Below, piece by piece: positions 8,325-10,266 of a stretch of DNA of 10,266 nucleotides (position 1 is the stretch's first letter; each line of letters opens with the position of its first letter). The DNA is from a bacterium. GTDB taxonomy: Bacteria; SZUA-182; DTGQ01; JAFGSM01. The stretch spans positions 1-10,266 of the forward strand of contig JBLIRN010000083.1 in NCBI GenBank assembly GCA_049472315.1. Reading direction: 5' to 3'. The position numbers were made by a program, and so were the translations under genes. Under the pieces are notes generated by a model that saw only the letters and a list, made by a program, of their open reading frames with translations, made no database searches and had not been told where the DNA came from.

Positions 8325-8378
8325 TACTTTATGTCAGCAGATGTGCATAAGTATATACATTTAGTTCGTGCTCGTCAA
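8325..8378 (-). promoter_or_regulatory. sigma70 promoter of the abiE operon with an autoregulatory operator-like inverted repeat
   Basis: Minus strand TTGACG (8378-8373), 17-bp spacer, TATACT (8355-8350). Imperfect IR TACTTTATG (8325-8333) / CATAAGTA (8346-8353) overlaps the -10 and start region. Confidence 0.7.
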
Positions 8379-8454
8379 TGATTTTCTTATGGTCTAATAG
8401 CGTTATTTACCCAGAGATGTGGATTTTATGCTGACGAGGGGTTTTGAACCAAGG

Positions 8455-9251
8455 CGGGATTACAGCACGGATTCTTGGAACTTGCCGCTCGTAGCGCCCA
8501 CGATCCGGAAATGGGTCTTGCCATTTGATGAGAGGGCGACCTTCCACCCCTGCCCTGGATCGATACCCAAAAGATGGCGATCCTGTTCATGAATAAGGTC
8601 TTTAGCATGCTTATCGCAGAAGAAAAGATATCCGAGGGCCTCGCTCACAAAGTCGCCTCATGGCCCCATTCGGGGTTCAATATCCATAACGGGGTTGAAA
8701 TCGATGCCGATGATACAAAAGGCAGAGAAACCCTTGCGCAGTATATCATTAAGGCCCCGGTCAGCCAGGAGCGGATGCTCTATGACGGGGAAGACCAAAA
8801 GGTCGTCTACGCATCAAGGCGAGGCACCGTTTCCTATGAACCGCTTGATTGGCTTGCTGCCATTACCTCCCATATTCCCAACAAGGCCGCGCAATGCGTC
8901 CACTATTACGGCCATTACAGTAACAAGTCTCGGGGGATTCGACAAAAAACAGGACAAGCGGCAAAGGCTGATATCGTTATCGCTGATACAGCCCCTACGA
9001 AAAGATCATGCAGTAAAAAATGGGCCGCCCTCATCAAGAAGGTATACGAAGTCGACCCGCTTGTATGCCCCCGCTGTTTGCACCACATGAGAATCATCTC
9101 GATCATAGACCAACCGGAAATCATCGAAAAGATCCTCAAGCATTGTGACCTCTGACAGCCTCAGGCACATGGCCCTCCGATGTTCGAGGAAAACAACCCA
9201 GAGGAAGAGACGATCTATGATTACAGTTTCTTTGATTATCTTCCCGCATAA
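8455..9251 (+). pseudogene. IS91/ISCR-like rolling-circle transposase pseudogene (copy 3, longest)
   Basis: ORF 8574-9155 carries 'WPHSGFNIH', 'LAQYIIKAPVSQERM', 'HIPNK...YYGHYSNKSRG', 'WAALIKKVYEVDPLVCPRC...MRIISII'. In-frame TGA at 8529-8531 from an apparent frameshift in an 'FDE-EGD' segment. Premature TGA at 9153-9155 is followed by in-frame QPQAHGPP...IYDYSFFDYLPA* ending 9251. Degraded Zn-domain trace at 8460-8504. No HUH motif found. Confidence 0.85.
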
Positions 9252-9422
9252 CATCCTTATATCGATACCCTTCCAAAATCCCACACTATTGGTATGCCTG
9301 AATTCCTGGCCCAGGAACCCTCCTTTGCCTTTTTAAGGATACTTTCCCTCTCCGTCGGTCCTCCTTCTCTGGCACATCATCACCCACTTCACCATCTGCT
9401 AATTTCTACCTTAATATTTGCC

Positions 9423-9452
9423 TTGCCAAAAATTGAAAACCCTGGCTATAAT
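9423..9452 (+). promoter_or_regulatory. Outward-facing sigma70 promoter near the element end
   Basis: TTGCCA (9423-9428), 18-bp spacer, perfect TATAAT (9447-9452), about 10 bp before the oriIS-like motif. Confidence 0.55.
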
Positions 9453-9461
9453 TCTGCCCAG

Positions 9462-9478
9462 AAAAGCAATTCCCTATC
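9462..9478 (+). mobile_element. Putative oriIS-like terminus of the IS91/ISCR-like element
   Basis: AAAAGCAATTCCCTATC lies about 210 bp downstream of the transposase stop and resembles the TTCCTAT core of IS91/ISCR oriIS ends as I recall it. Position 3' of tnp is as expected. Confidence 0.5.
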
Positions 9479-9564
9479 AGAAACAGACTCATGAATGACC
9501 GCCACAAGGTCGGTGTCTGCGGAATTCTTGTTAGGAACATCCTCCCCCTGTACCCCTTATAAAT

Positions 9565-9614
9565 TTGCACAATGCAATTACATATACTATTATAATAATT
9601 ATAATAGTTATAAT
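9565..9614 (+). promoter_or_regulatory. Promoter/operator of the Phd-PIN operon
   Basis: TTGCAC (9565-9570), 17-bp spacer, TATTAT (9588-9593). Perfect 11-bp IR ACTATTATAAT-A-ATTATAATAGT (9586-9608), built from ATTATAAT palindromes at 9-bp period. Confidence 0.65.
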
Positions 9615-9703
9615 GATCGATGGCATCGTATGCTCTAATCAATTCAGTTTTTAATGATTCAGACTCTTCACGGTTTCATCGTAATTAATACAGGAGGCAA
9701 AAA

Positions 9704-10003
9704 ATGCTAAAAAAGATTTCGGCATTAAAGGTCAGGCAGAATCTCGGCCAGGTTATGAATGAAGTGGCACTAAAGGATGATGAATATATTGTTGAAAGGG
9801 CGGGGAAACCTTTAGTAGCGATCATATCGGTTGAGGTTTATAAGGGCATGAAAAAAGAGCAGGAGGAATTTTTTCGGATGGCGGATGAAATCAGCAAAAC
9901 TGCACAGAAGGAGGATAGCGATCTCGTAGATAAGGAAATTGAAGAAGCGGTGCGGTCTTATAGAAATCGCTTGCCACAGAAATCAAAAAATAAAGATAAA
10001 TGA
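9704..10003 (+). CDS. Phd/YefM-family antitoxin (type II TA)
   Basis: 'ISALKVRQNLGQVMNEV...YIVERAGKPLVAIISVEVY' Phd fold with a charged C-terminus. RBS AGGAGG at 9692-9697. Confidence 0.9.
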   Translation: MLKKISALKVRQNLGQVMNEVALKDDEYIVERAGKPLVAIISVEVYKGMKKEQEEFFRMADEISKTAQKEDSDLVDKEIEEAVRSYRNRLPQKSKNKDK

Positions 10004-10266
10004 TACGAATCGTTCTCGACGCCAACCAGTTTGTCAGCGCCCTGCTGAAGCCTGATTCAAATCCAGCCAGGATACTCTCCCTTATTAGAGACGACAAAAT
10101 AAGGCTCGTGCTGTCGGATGAGATAATCTCAGAAATCAATGCCGTGCTCTTATACCCCAAGATCATGAAACGGCATGGCCATAGCGCTCAATATATCCTG
10201 TTGTTCTTGAAAAAACTTAAGTCTGCGGCAATCATCACTGAAGGGAACTTACATATAGACGTCATC
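10000..10266 (+). CDS. PIN-domain toxin (VapC-like, PIN_3 type), partial, runs off window
   Basis: Not in the ORF track. ATG 10000 overlaps the antitoxin TGA (ATGA). Translates MIRIVLDANQFVSALLKPDSNPARILSLIRDDKIRLVLSDEIISEINAVLLYPKI..., with PIN motifs 'VLDxN' and 'S..I..E...VL.YPK'. Confidence 0.9.
   Translation, partial: MIRIVLDANQFVSALLKPDSNPARILSLIRDDKIRLVLSDEIISEINAVLLYPKIMKRHGHSAQYILLFLKKLKSAAIITEGNLHIDVI

Noticed and set aside
645..8932. Repeated segments as a CRISPR array or terminal repeats of a composite transposon
   Set aside because: The repeats are protein-coding transposase pieces of unequal extent, kilobases apart, with no repeat-spacer periodicity, cas genes or target-site duplication.
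9153..9155. TGA as recoded Trp/Sec or programmed read-through
   Set aside because: Neighbouring genes use TGA as a normal stop (2117-2119, 10001-10003) and the gene has other lesions, so a nonsense mutation is simpler.
9145..9642. Short ORFs 9145-9336, 9294-9494 and 9406-9642 (the last with a YNYYNYYN repeat)
   Set aside because: They span the element's non-coding end and the operator. The YN repeat is just the translated TATAAT array.

Overview
Mosaic accessory region, probably bacterial and diderm (Deltaproteobacteria-like, by inference). Four unrelated cargo modules are separated by three co-oriented remnants of one IS91/ISCR-like (HUH rolling-circle) transposase. Order: partial membrane-anchored LamG-like/VanZ-type gene (-, 1-486); transposase fragment 1 (645-787); GC-rich five-gene Lol-like ABC export operon (LolA-like protein, two FtsX/LolC-E-type permeases, LolD-like ATPase, outer-membrane protein; 1346-6667); internally deleted transposase fragment 2 (about 6671-6797); AbiEi/AbiEii type IV toxin-antitoxin pair (-, 6801-8314); the longest transposase pseudogene (about 8455-9251) with an oriIS-like end and an outward-facing promoter; Phd/YefM-PIN type II toxin-antitoxin pair (9704 to window end). 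The main signal is this repeating 'transposase scar - cargo' architecture, which suggests serial gene capture at one locus. All family calls come from motif recognition by eye; no database searches were run.
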